A stretch of 63,785 bases of DNA, the filler included, from Octopus bimaculoides (Eukaryota), in assembly GCF_001194135.2 (NCBI RefSeq). It is 12 parts of 8 records of this genome, joined end to end, with 100 filler letters (N's around TTAATTAATTAA, not from the genome) between each part and the next. Parts side by side here need not be neighbours in the genome. Positions count along the whole stretch, not along the records: positions 49,612 to 51,419 come from NC_068981.1; positions 51,520 to 57,529 come from NC_068985.1; positions 57,630 to 62,513 come from NC_068987.1; 9 more parts are not named here. One strand, 5' to 3'. The position numbers and the translations under genes are program-made. The notes below the pieces were generated by a model. The model was given only the letters and a program-made list of their open reading frames with translations, was not told the origin of the DNA and searched no databases. Position 1 is the first letter of the stretch. The number at the start of each line of letters is the position of its first letter. This document shows, one piece after another, positions 50,826-60,847 of the stretch.

Positions 50826-51529
50826 CTCTAGATGGTAGAAACAGCAGCCAAATCTTTCTCAAATCACCCCAACCGTCTTAAGAGAATGGAAGGATACATT
50901 GGATGATACATTTCTAGACCAGGCCTTCAGAATTGGTCAGAAGCTAAGTAACAATAAGTTGCCACTTTCAATGCTCATGGCAAGCCGAATCTTCAGCACA
51001 TATTGGATTCTTCCCATTTAAAGTATTTCCTTTCACTTACTCTTCTTACCTCGAATTACCGCTCTTGGTCAACAGTCTGGGGAGAGACAAAGAGACGAGG
51101 GAAAGAAAAGAGAAATTATTTGATTCAATACACTCAATAGAAATTACATTAGCGGTGTCACCCAACGTAACATTCTCATTTACCAGTTTGACTTGATTGT
51201 GTCGCAGTCAGGTATCTGCACCTCTTAGGTCGGCTGGGGTGTCTTTTATCTCTTTCAACAATGTAACAACCTTTCTCAGACCTCTCATTAAAATTCCTAA
51301 AAAATAATTTCTTGGTAGGACTACACTACAGTTTGAGTATGAATAAAAAAATAAATGAATTTTTTTGCATTTACTTAATATGTTTCAGACTTTTAAGCCA
51401 TTGTCTAAAAGTAATAGATNNNNNNNNNNNNNNNNNNNNNNNNNNNNNNNNNNNNNNNNNNNNTTAATTAATTAANNNNNNNNNNNNNNNNNNNNNNNNN
51501 NNNNNNNNNNNNNNNNNNNGTAAAGGAAT

Positions 51530-52264
51530 CGATTATTACATCCATAAGCGGAGAGTTATAGTAGGAAGTGAGAGTGAGTGTGATGCGCTGAAAAAAAGAA
51601 AGAAAGAACAGTACTTGGAGTGTAGTTTCATTCCAGTAGTAACACCACCACCGCATACAGGCTACTTGGTAACTTTTGATCCCACTTCCACCATCTGTAA
51701 ATTAGGTTTAGCTATATTTTAGAATATGATACTACTAATTCTTTCTCTCTCTCCTTTTTTCCTTTAATACTGTCCTTGGTTTGTCACCCATACCCCCACC
51801 ACCTATATACTACCTCTGCATATTCCTTCTTCCTCACTAAACCTTTACCCTCATCCCCCTTCCTCCTTCCCTCACAATACTCATTCTCTCTGTCCAGTCA
51901 GATTAACTGACCACAAAAAATACCACTACCATCCCCCACCTGAATCATTCCTCTATCCCCTTCCCCTTCTGTCTTTAAGACTTGACCTATTTACCCTACA
52001 CACATCTCTCACTTGATTTGAGACATCCTTCAAGTAAACACAAGCAATATACCTCGGTCACGATATGGCATATATCCACCTCTGCTATTTCAGCCTTTGC
52101 TGCAGCAACTATCTCCGGAAAATTCCCACAAGGATTATTTTACACGGATACTTACTACTGGAATGAAACTACACTCCAAGTACTGTTCTTTCTTTCTTTT
52201 TTTCAGCGCATCACACTCACTCTCACTTCCTACTATAACTCTCCGCTCATGGATGTAATAATCG
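51530..52264. repeat. 113-bp inverted repeat (51530-51642 / 52152-52264), 1 mismatch, both arms near gaps
   Basis: Direct comparison. The ORF track shows the same peptide YYWNETTLQVLFFLSFFQRITLTLTSYYNSPLMDVII on both strands. Confidence 0.9.
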
Positions 52265-53085
52265 NNNNNNNNNNNNNNNNNNNNNNNNNNNNNNNNNNNN
52301 NNNNNNNNNNNNNNNNNNNNNNNNNNNNNNNNNNNNNNNNNNNNNNNNNNNNNNNNNNNNNNNNNNNNNNNNNNNNNNNNNNNNNNNNNNNNNNNNNNNN
52401 NNNNNNNNNNNNNNNNNNNNNNNNNNNNNNNNNNNNNNNNNNNNNNNNNNNNNNNNNNNNNNNNNNNNNNNNNNNNNNNNNNNNNNNNNNNNNNNNNNNN
52501 NNNNNNNNNNNNNNNNNNNNNNNNNNNNNNNNNNNNNNNNNNNNNNNNNNNNNNNNNNNNNNNNNNNNNNNNNNNNNNNNNNNNNNNNNNNNNNNNNNNN
52601 NNNNNNNNNNNNNNNNNNNNNNNNNNNNNNNNNNNNNNNNNNNNNNNNNNNNNNNNNNNNNNNNNNNNNNNNNNNNNNNNNNNNNNNNNNNNNNNNNNNN
52701 NNNNNNNNNNNNNNNNNNNNNNNNNNNNNNNNNNNNNNNNNNNNNNNNNNNNNNNNNNNNNNNNNNNNNNNNNNNNNNNNGACTGTTCCAACGAAGTCGC
52801 GTATTGTCCTTGCCTTCGAAACGCGGTTTAGAAGGAACAGGAACAACTGACGAAGGAGTATACTCTTTATGTTGCATGTCTCGTTTCTCTGTTTGTTTGT
52901 TTGTTTTTTTCGTTGTTTGAAAAAAATTCGTTTTCCGTTTTCGTTTTTATGCTTTCGTTTCTCATTGTGTTTAACGTTTTTTTGATGTCCTGTACCCATA
53001 TATGCATGTATGTATACATATAGATGTAGGTATGTACATATATGTATGAATATATGCATATGTTTATATACATACATATATGTGT

Positions 53086-53123
<38 letters not shown>

Positions 53124-53139
53124 GTGTGTGTATTGCTTT

Positions 53140-53405
53140 TTTATTTTGTATTTGTTTTAGTCATTAGATTGCAGTCATGTAATATAGGGGTTTTAGATGA
53201 AGGAATCAACCCACGGTGCTTACTTTTTGAGCCTTGTACTTATTCTACCAGTCACTTTTGCCGAACCATTAAGTTACGGCGACGTAAACAAATCAAGCGG
53301 TGGTGGGACAAACAAAGGCACGAAGACACAAGAACACAGATATGTACACGACAGTTTGAGCCTGTCAAATCCACTCATGAGAATTTGAGCGGCCCGGGGT
53401 TATAG
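53140..53405 (-). mobile_element. Degenerate family B SINE
   Basis: GTACTTATTCTA...TTTGCCGAACC..AAGTTACGGCGACGTAAACA...AAATCCACTCA. Confidence 0.65.
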
Positions 53406-54356
53406 CGTGGCTGAGTAGCAAACTTCTAACAACGCTGCAACACACAACCACACACACACACACACACACACACGTACATACACGCGTCTATCTATACATC
53501 GATGCATGTGCAAACATTGACATATGTATGTGCATTCGTGTCTGTGCGCGTGTGCGTGTTTGTGCGCATGCGCGCTTGAATGTATTATCCTTCAGTTGGA
53601 AATTAAGAGTTAGTTCAGTAAAGGCAAGATTGGAAAAACTGAATAAAACGACAGGAAGAAAAGTAAAAGCATGTGTGTGTGTGTCTCTGTGTGTCTGTGT
53701 GTATATGTGTGTGTGTGTGTGTGTCTGTGTGTGTGTGCGTGCGAGTGTATGAGTGTGTAAACGTATGTATATATGTATGTGTGTGTGTGTGTATATATAT
53801 ATAAATATACACACATGTATACCTATATATGCATGCATATATTTATATACATTTATATAGTAGAAATAAGGCATACGCAAAATGAAGTATACTGGAAACT
53901 TTATCCCGACGATTATTTGGATACAACGATCGTTTCCTGTATCGCTCCCTCGTGGGTGAGAAACTAGACAATGACTTACATTGCAGCCCGCAGTGCAGAA
54001 ACATCTCTTCAGCTGATGCAATGCAGTTTCTCGTTACATAAGTGATGTTTCGCTCTTAAAATTAACCAAACTCTACCTTCCGTATCCATTGTTTCCATTA
54101 TACTCAACATGCACTGAGGAATTCTTAACTTAGATCCAGCGACGATTGCGCAGTTACCGTGAATGGCGCCAGGTGGCCGTAGGTAGTCAACGTGCTTTGT
54201 CTGCATACTACTAGGGACATACTCAAAATGCAGTTTAAATTTTAAATCTAAACTTAAATTTTAACCAACATATATATACGCACACATACACACATCTATG
54301 TATGCATATATACACACATATACATATATAAATATACACATACATATATATGTATG

Positions 54357-54398
<42 letters not shown>

Positions 54399-54540
54399 CA
54401 CATATATGTACCCACATACATATATGTACATATATGCATATGAAATTGTGTTGCAAGATTCCTGATGTGAAGTCGTGTGTTGAAACAGATTATGTATTTC
54501 GGGGTGGTCATTCTATTTTTGCCAAATAAACATACATACT

Positions 54541-54800
54541 ATATATTAGTTCTTCACTCGTTTATTAGTGTTCTTATTCTAACTCATTTCCATTGTTCGG
54601 AAATCTTTCGTCACACATCTGTGACTTCCTCAGCGACACTTTCTGTCTTCGTATGCGCTCTTGCTCTGCTTATTCCAATGGAATAAGCAGAGCAAGAGCA
54701 CACATGTGTCACAGGAGGTCACAGATGTGTGAAGAAGATTTCCTGACAATGAGCATGAGTTAGAATAAGAAGAGTAATAAACGAGTGAAGAACGAATATA
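54541..54800. repeat. About 260-bp imperfect palindrome (foldback element)
   Basis: Perfect 20-bp core GCTCTTGCTCTGCTTATTCC aat GGAATAAGCAGAGCAAGAGC. The arms pair out to TATTAGTTCTTCACTCGTTTATT / AATAAACGAGTGAAGAACGAATA. Confidence 0.9.
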
Positions 54801-54848
54801 CAATGCGTGTGTTTATTTGGCAAAAAAAAAGATCATCTCGAAATACAG

Positions 54849-54879
<31 letters not shown>

Positions 54880-54979
54880 NNNNNNNNNNNNNNNNNNNNN
54901 NNNNNNNNNNNNNNNNNNNNNNNNNNNNNNNNNNNNNNNNNNNNNNNNNNNNNNNNNNNNNNNNNNNNNNNNNNNNNNN

Positions 54980-55146
54980 CAGTAGCTGCACGACATCGTG
55001 AAGTATATTTGCCACTTAAATGTGGCTAAACCTTAAGGGTGGATACTACTGTAGCTTGTAGCCCTAGGAAGACACCTCCTCCAGGGTCTTAAGGATTAGC
55101 CCCATTTAAGTAGCAAATATACTTCACGATTGTCGTGCAGCTACTG
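54980..55146. mobile_element. MITE (167 bp) with about 57-bp TIRs CAGTAGC...GCTACTG|TA
   Basis: CAGTAGCTGCACGACATCGTGAAGTATATTTGCCACTTAAATG is matched in reverse at 55103-55146. The left flank lies in a gap. Confidence 0.85.
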
Positions 55147-55238
55147 TAAATACCTCGCTCAGAGATTTATTATTGCTTGTTTACACTTTTTCGAAAAGGA
55201 TATATGTATTTGCATCGGGAAAGCATTTCACATCACCA

Positions 55239-55999
55239 ACCGGTGCTCATCACTAATGGGTGTTGGTAGTGAATTATTCGACGTGAGTTCGAATCGTTAC
55301 GCACTGATATTGTATGTTTGTTGTAGGTCTCCTCGCGTGGGTGAACCAGGACTCGTTGAATTGTTTAAACTGTTGAATTTCAGTCACTACTCGGAAGTAG
55401 TATCCATTTCGTTGTCCGTAACGAGTACGTGGAGTGGTTTATGGCATCTTCTTCGTTGCCAAACCTTACTTCCACTGAGCCATACTTTCTTCCACGTGTA
55501 TAGAATGTGGTCAATTTTTTAACATTTTCAAGGCATTCCTCTATTTCTTCTGTTGGGGTGAACTCTATCATATTCGAGGACGTAGACAACGTTCTGTATA
55601 CTACCATCCTCTTCGCTATGCTGTTCATCAGTTCTTCTGGGAGAGTCAGCTTTAGACTGGCTCCCTCTTTTTTTTTACGAATTTTCTTCCTTCCTTCCAC
55701 TTTCTTGTGTCAATTTCTATTTCCTGTACTTCCAGGGTGTTGGCATTTATTCCTTGTGCCGTTGCCGCTGCGTAACTTTGTCTATTCTCCATCTCTCTTC
55801 TTTTCTCCACTTCTCCCGTTGACGAGGTATACACAGGTGCAAACGAAACAGTGAGTGAAATTCAACAATTTACGCAATTCAGTTAATCTTGGTTCACCCG
55901 CGTGGGGAGACCTACAGCAAACATACAATATCAGTGTGTAACGATTCGAAATCACGTCGAAGAATTCACTACCAACATCCATTAGTGACGAGCACCGGT
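55239..55999. repeat. About 150-bp inverted repeat (55239-55388 / 55851-55999) enclosing an inverted ORF1 fragment
   Basis: Arms about 85-90% identical by eye (ACCGGTGCTC..CACTAATGG..TGTTGGTAGTGAATT..TTCGAATCGTTAC). Confidence 0.9.
55389..55834 (-). pseudogene. N-terminal part of a retroelement ORF1/gag-like protein
   Basis: SLKLTLPEELMNSIAKRMVVYRTL...VEVRFGNEEDAINHSTYSLRTTKWILLP aligns by eye to the ORF1 at 59236-60232. Confidence 0.7.
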
Positions 56000-56020
56000 T
56001 TCTCTCTTTATTATTTCACA

Positions 56021-56205
56021 GAGGGGACATTTACAGACATGCGGGAACAAAAAAAACATATGAAAGAATGAATTACAATGAATATGAAACAGTTTTCTCG
56101 GTCCCGCTCCGAGACGAAACCGTCTCATATTCATTGAAATTTAATTCCTTGTAATTCATTCTTCCATATGTCTTTTGTTTCCGAATGTCTGTGTATGTCC
56201 CCCCT
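56021..56205. mobile_element. MITE-like foldback with about 60-bp TIRs
   Basis: GGGGACATTTACAGACATGCGGGAACAAAA..CATATGAAAGAATGAATTACAATGAAT versus its reverse complement at about 56145-56203. Confidence 0.8.
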
Positions 56206-56252
56206 ATGTTCAGGCCTTATGCCTATACTAAAGAGAAAGAGAGAAAAACCGA

Positions 56253-56932
56253 CAACGAAATGGATACTACTTCCGACGTACTGTGGCAAACGCATTGCCA
56301 GAGTGAGAGTTGGAAGAATGCCCCCAGAAATCGAGGAAGAATGGCTGGTGGCAGCCATAACGCACGATATGAAGGATGGGGCAGAGATCCTCAAGATAAC
56401 GAGGACCCAAAAGGTCAGTTGATGGAGATATGGCCTCGAAGTGACCATGCAGTTATCTTTGGAAGACTTGCATAGTATAACGGAGGTAATAATACTCCCG
56501 GAAGACACCAGACTTCGAATAACAGTAGAAGGAAGACCACCAACATGCTTCCTATGCGGCAAAAAAGGGCACATGAAAGCAAGATGTCCCGAAAAGAAAA
56601 ACGAAGAGGAGAAGAAAAGTGAAGAAAAGAATACCGAAGAGGTAGTACTAATAAAAGAGACAGGTAGATTGGAGGAACCCTTCACAGTAGTAAACACGAA
56701 GAAGAGAAAGGAACGGGTGAATTACCCCGCAGAAAGTAAAAAAAGGCTAAAAGAGATTGTGACGGAAGAAAAAAGAAATGTGCGAAGCACCAACAGGAGC
56801 AGTAGTGAAAGAAGGCACACAGAAAAAACAGCATTACAACAGCATTACAAAGAGGAAGCGTTTATAAAATTGGTTATGATGTTTGTGCACGCCCGAACAG
56901 ATCAGGACGGGAGCCGAAGTAAGCAGAAGTGA
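56253..56932 (+). pseudogene. C-terminal part of the same ORF1/gag-like protein with CCHC zinc knuckle
   Basis: TTKWILLPTYCGKRIARVRVGRMPPEIEEEWLVAAI...RITVEGRPPTCFLCGKKGHMKARCP (CX2CX4HX4C). One in-frame stop. Confidence 0.8.
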
Positions 56933-56999
56933 AAAGGAAGAGATATAAGTGGCATTTGGTCACGTATACCAAAAGTACAGAAATAGAGAAACGATTGTA

Positions 57000-57240
57000 A
57001 AGTTTAAGGTTTTTTGGTTGGCGTCTGCTATTCCGTAAGGTGTTTTTTTTTCAATCAGAGTTTTCATCTTGGGGCTTTGAAGGAGTATAGGCAAGTTCGA
57101 TTTTATGACGTGGAATATGTTAGTTATTCCAGGACTGTATGTGTTAATGAACGGAATCGTGTTTTCATTAACTTTTTCCTTTGGTGTCCGTAGTTGGGTG
57201 ATATTCAGTTCCATCGCCTTTTTAATTCTTTCATTAATTA
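57000..57240 (-). mobile_element. Penelope-like element fragment (post-RT linker region)
   Basis: LINERIKKAMEL...TIPFINTYSPGITNIFHVIKSNLPILLQS. Confidence 0.65.
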
Positions 57241-57241
57241 A

Positions 57242-57529
57242 GTAGAAAAACCTTTTGACCAGGAATACAAAAAACATATCATTAAAAAATGGAAACGCTT
57301 CCTGGATGATTGTTTCATTTTTTGGGAAAAATCGACTGAAGATCTAAATGTATTTAACAATATACTAAACGCACTTCACCCTTCCATCAAATTCACGACA
57401 GAATCCAGTTGCAATGAACTACCATTCCTGGATATCCACATAAAAATACAAAACTGCACAGTCACAACAGACATATTTTACAAAAAAACCGATACACACC
57501 AATATTTAAACTTCTATTCTTGTCACCCA
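57242..57529 (+). mobile_element. Penelope-like reverse transcriptase fragment
   Basis: WKRFLDDCFIFW...LHPSIKFTTE...LPFLDI...TTDIFYKKTDTHQYLNFYSCHP. Confidence 0.9.
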
Positions 57530-58560
57530 NNNNNNNNNNNNNNNNNNNNNNNNNNNNNNNNNNNNNNNNNNNNTTAATTAATTAANNNNNNNNNNNNNNN
57601 NNNNNNNNNNNNNNNNNNNNNNNNNNNNNCTATCTGCTGTAATAATACTCCTACACATACATGTATCACTCACATACACACTTTTCTTTGTATGACGGCC
57701 TGTCTTTGATTATGTCCTTATATGTCGCATTCACACTCTCACACAGACATACATTTTTAACGCCATAATATTTCTGTTATTCATCTAATACGGTTGTGGT
57801 TTTTCATTACTGGTCATCTATGTTATCGTAGCATAACATATCATGTATATCATTTCTGATACATATTATTGTGTGTTCGACCGTGTGACACGTTTAAATA
57901 AAAGGAGTCCTCTGTTTTTCCATTCGTCACCATTTCTCCCCTTTTGAGTTCGCACGGTCGTTCCTTACATATATATATGATGGCTGAAAAATCGTGTCCG
58001 AGGATTGCCATCGCCTGATCGAAAGTCCCACACATGCAAAAGCTACGACCAGCCATTTTTGTGATAGGTCTTACTTTTTTTCAAGTGATGCTTGTGCATG
58101 ATGATCTTTTTATAGTGGGGAAAGGATTTTTACAAATCCAATCCCATCCTCTGAACATGGACAGCATAGACTGGACAAGAAGAACTAGTCTACATCATCG
58201 AATATTGTCAGAGTTGCAGGTTTTCTCTGAGAATTTTCATCTCCCAGAAAGATGTGACAACAACAGAGGAGCCTTCCACTCGCAGTGGGCCAACTGCACG
58301 CCTAGACACCAACCCAGGTAGTTCCACGTCCCCGCTCATACATACACATGTACACATATTGTTGGATGGCCGTTGACTACTCATGAGCTCTTCCACCCTT
58401 TGGCAGGTCTTATTTTTCATCCTGCAGGGTGTCCCACAATCACCGTCCTCACCAAGCAAGATTGACGAGGTTGCCAATTTAGTCGCCGACGACCCGACCA
58501 TGCAACAGGTTGTACTGGGTTACATGTTACCTGTAGCGCCGAAGAGCAACTGACATATCC

Positions 58561-58620
<60 letters not shown>

Positions 58621-59235
58621 GACTGTCTGTTTGTCTGTCTCATCTATCTCTGTGTGAATGAACGGTAGAAAAATCGGCTCCAAGTTGGCTTTTTTGTATG
58701 GAAAAACGTTTTATTTGTGAAATATTTTTTTGTGAAAGTGGTGTCTAAGACCATCTCCTTCAACCCAGTAAATCTTGTAAAAGAAAATAACTCCAATTAG
58801 AGTATNNNNNNNNNNNNNNNNNNNNNNNNNNNNNNNNNNNNNNNNNNNNNNNNNNNNNNNNNNNNNNNNNNNNNNNNNNNNNNNNNNNNNNNNNNNNNNN
58901 NNNNNNNNNNNNNNNNNNNNNNNNNNNNNNNNNNNNNNNNNNNNNNNNNNNNNNNNNNNNNNNNNNNNNNNNNNNNNNNNNNNNNNNNNNNNNNNNNNNN
59001 NNNNNNNNNNNNNNNNNNNNNNNNNNNNNNNNNNNNNNNNNNNNNNNNNNNNNNNNNNNNNNNNNNNNNNNNNNNNNNNNNNNNNNNNNNNNNNNNNNNN
59101 NNNNNNNNNNNNNNNNNNNNNNNNNNNNNNNNNNNNNNNNNNNNNNNNNNNNNNNNNNNNNNNNNNNNNNNNNNNNNNNNNNNNNNNNNNNNNNNNNNNN
59201 NNNNNNNNNNNNNNNNNNNNNNNNNNNNNNNNNNN

Positions 59236-60232
59236 CCTGTAAAGCAAGGTTTAAAAAAGACGACCTCAGCATACAACTACAGACACCACAAAACATCACA
59301 GAAAAAATCGCAAAAAAGAATCCAATTATCTACAAAACACTCAACCTAAAAACAAAGATATATGAAAGGGCCACTCAAGAAAATGGGCCTTTAAAGACTA
59401 CATCACGTGGGAAAACAGATTTTCCACGATCGAAGTGAGATTCGACAGTGAAGAAAGAGCCAAGGATCTCTCCACAAAGTCCTTTCAATTTGAAAATTTA
59501 CTGATGATCCCTACATACCTTGGTTGTAAGGTCACAAAAATAACAATAAAAAATGTGCCCCCTGAAATAGAAATAAAATGGCTTGTGTCTGCCATTTGCT
59601 ATGACATCGAGGACGAAATCCATATCTTGGAAATCGCTGTCCTGGACCAGCAAAACTGGATTGGTCAAGAAGTCGAAATCCTTGCTCAAATCGATCCAAT
59701 GAATTTCGAAAAAATTCCACATCGAATCCAATTGGCAGAGGATTCGTGTTTGCATGTAGCCGTCGAAGTCAGAAAGCCACGTTGCTACGTTTGTGGTAGC
59801 AAAGCACACTTACAAATTAATTGCCCACTAGCACAGAAACAACAACAACAGCAACAACAACGACAACAACAAGATCACGAAAAACAACAACAACCACAAA
59901 AAAAAACGAGCAAAAAACAAGCACTGCTACCGACACCGCTATATGCACAACTAATTAAACAGTTCTACCAACAAAAGAAGGAACATCAGCAACCAACAAG
60001 CCAGCCCAACCAAACAACACCACCACCAGCGCCACCAAGGAAAAGAAACAACACGATCATCACCAACAACAACAACAACTCCAAAGGAAGAAGAGAAAAC
60101 CAAAAAGACTCATACCCCACCCCCCAAAACCCATACACCACATCCCAACTGTCACTAATCAGCACCAACACCAACAACAAAATCAGCACACTCAGAAATA
60201 GACCCCAATACCCTTCCCCTCCCACCTTCTGA
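59236..60232 (+). CDS. Retroelement ORF1/gag-like protein (RRM-like region, CCHC knuckle, Q/P-rich tail); frameshift near 59430
   Basis: EVRFDSEERAKDLS...PTYLGCKVTKITIKNVPPEIEIKWLVSAI...RKPRCYVCGSKAHLQINCP then poly-Q. 265-aa open stretch. Confidence 0.75.
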
Positions 60233-60847
60233 TTCCTCCGACATGTCGTCAGATGAAGACGAGGATTGTCAAGTGGCCACTGGGGGAAAGAGAAAAAGGA
60301 AAAAAAAAAGAATAGAGAAGCAGGCAAACAAAGCAGGAAGGTTTAACACTCCCGAAACCAAAACACCCGCAGAAAACAAAAGCATCGACACAAACAAACT
60401 AACACCAAATGACCCAACAATGTTGACAGCTATAAACACTAACAATCCAGACCTAATGGAATAAATTAGGTCAAACACCAACATAACAGAAAACGATACC
60501 AAAACAAATAATCAACCACACACAACACCACCACAACACAGAAACATACACAGCATACTGAAATCTCTCTACCCGGATGCAGCTGGAAGATTCCAAAAAT
60601 AACAGTCTAAAAAACTATACAAAAACCTTCTGGGAGAAGACTCTGAGGTGAAGGACAAAGAACTTTCGGACAGTAAGTGACTCTCTCTCTCTTTCTCTCT
60701 CTCTCTCTNNNNNNNNNNNNNNNNNNNNNNNNNNNNNNNNNNNNNNNNNNNNNNNNNNNNNNNNNNNNNNNNNNNNNNNNNNNNNNNNNNNNNNNNNNNN
60801 NNNNNNNNNNNNNNNNNNNNNNNNNNNNNNNNNNNNNNNNNNNNNNN

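Noticed and set aside
52800-52875. GAAAC...CTGACGA and (49436) CTGATGA hammerhead-like boxes in Penelope-type repeat ends
   Set aside because: At 52.8 kb the boxes are in type II order but stem I cannot form. At 49.4 kb no stem II-GAAA follows. No complete ribozyme can be drawn.
54160-54182. CTCF-like GGCGCCAGGTGGCC
   Set aside because: A single partial motif match with no supporting context.
57850-58805. Possible LINE pieces (Tx1-like C-terminus, RTE-like GTWN start)
   Set aside because: Too degenerate to assign without a database search.
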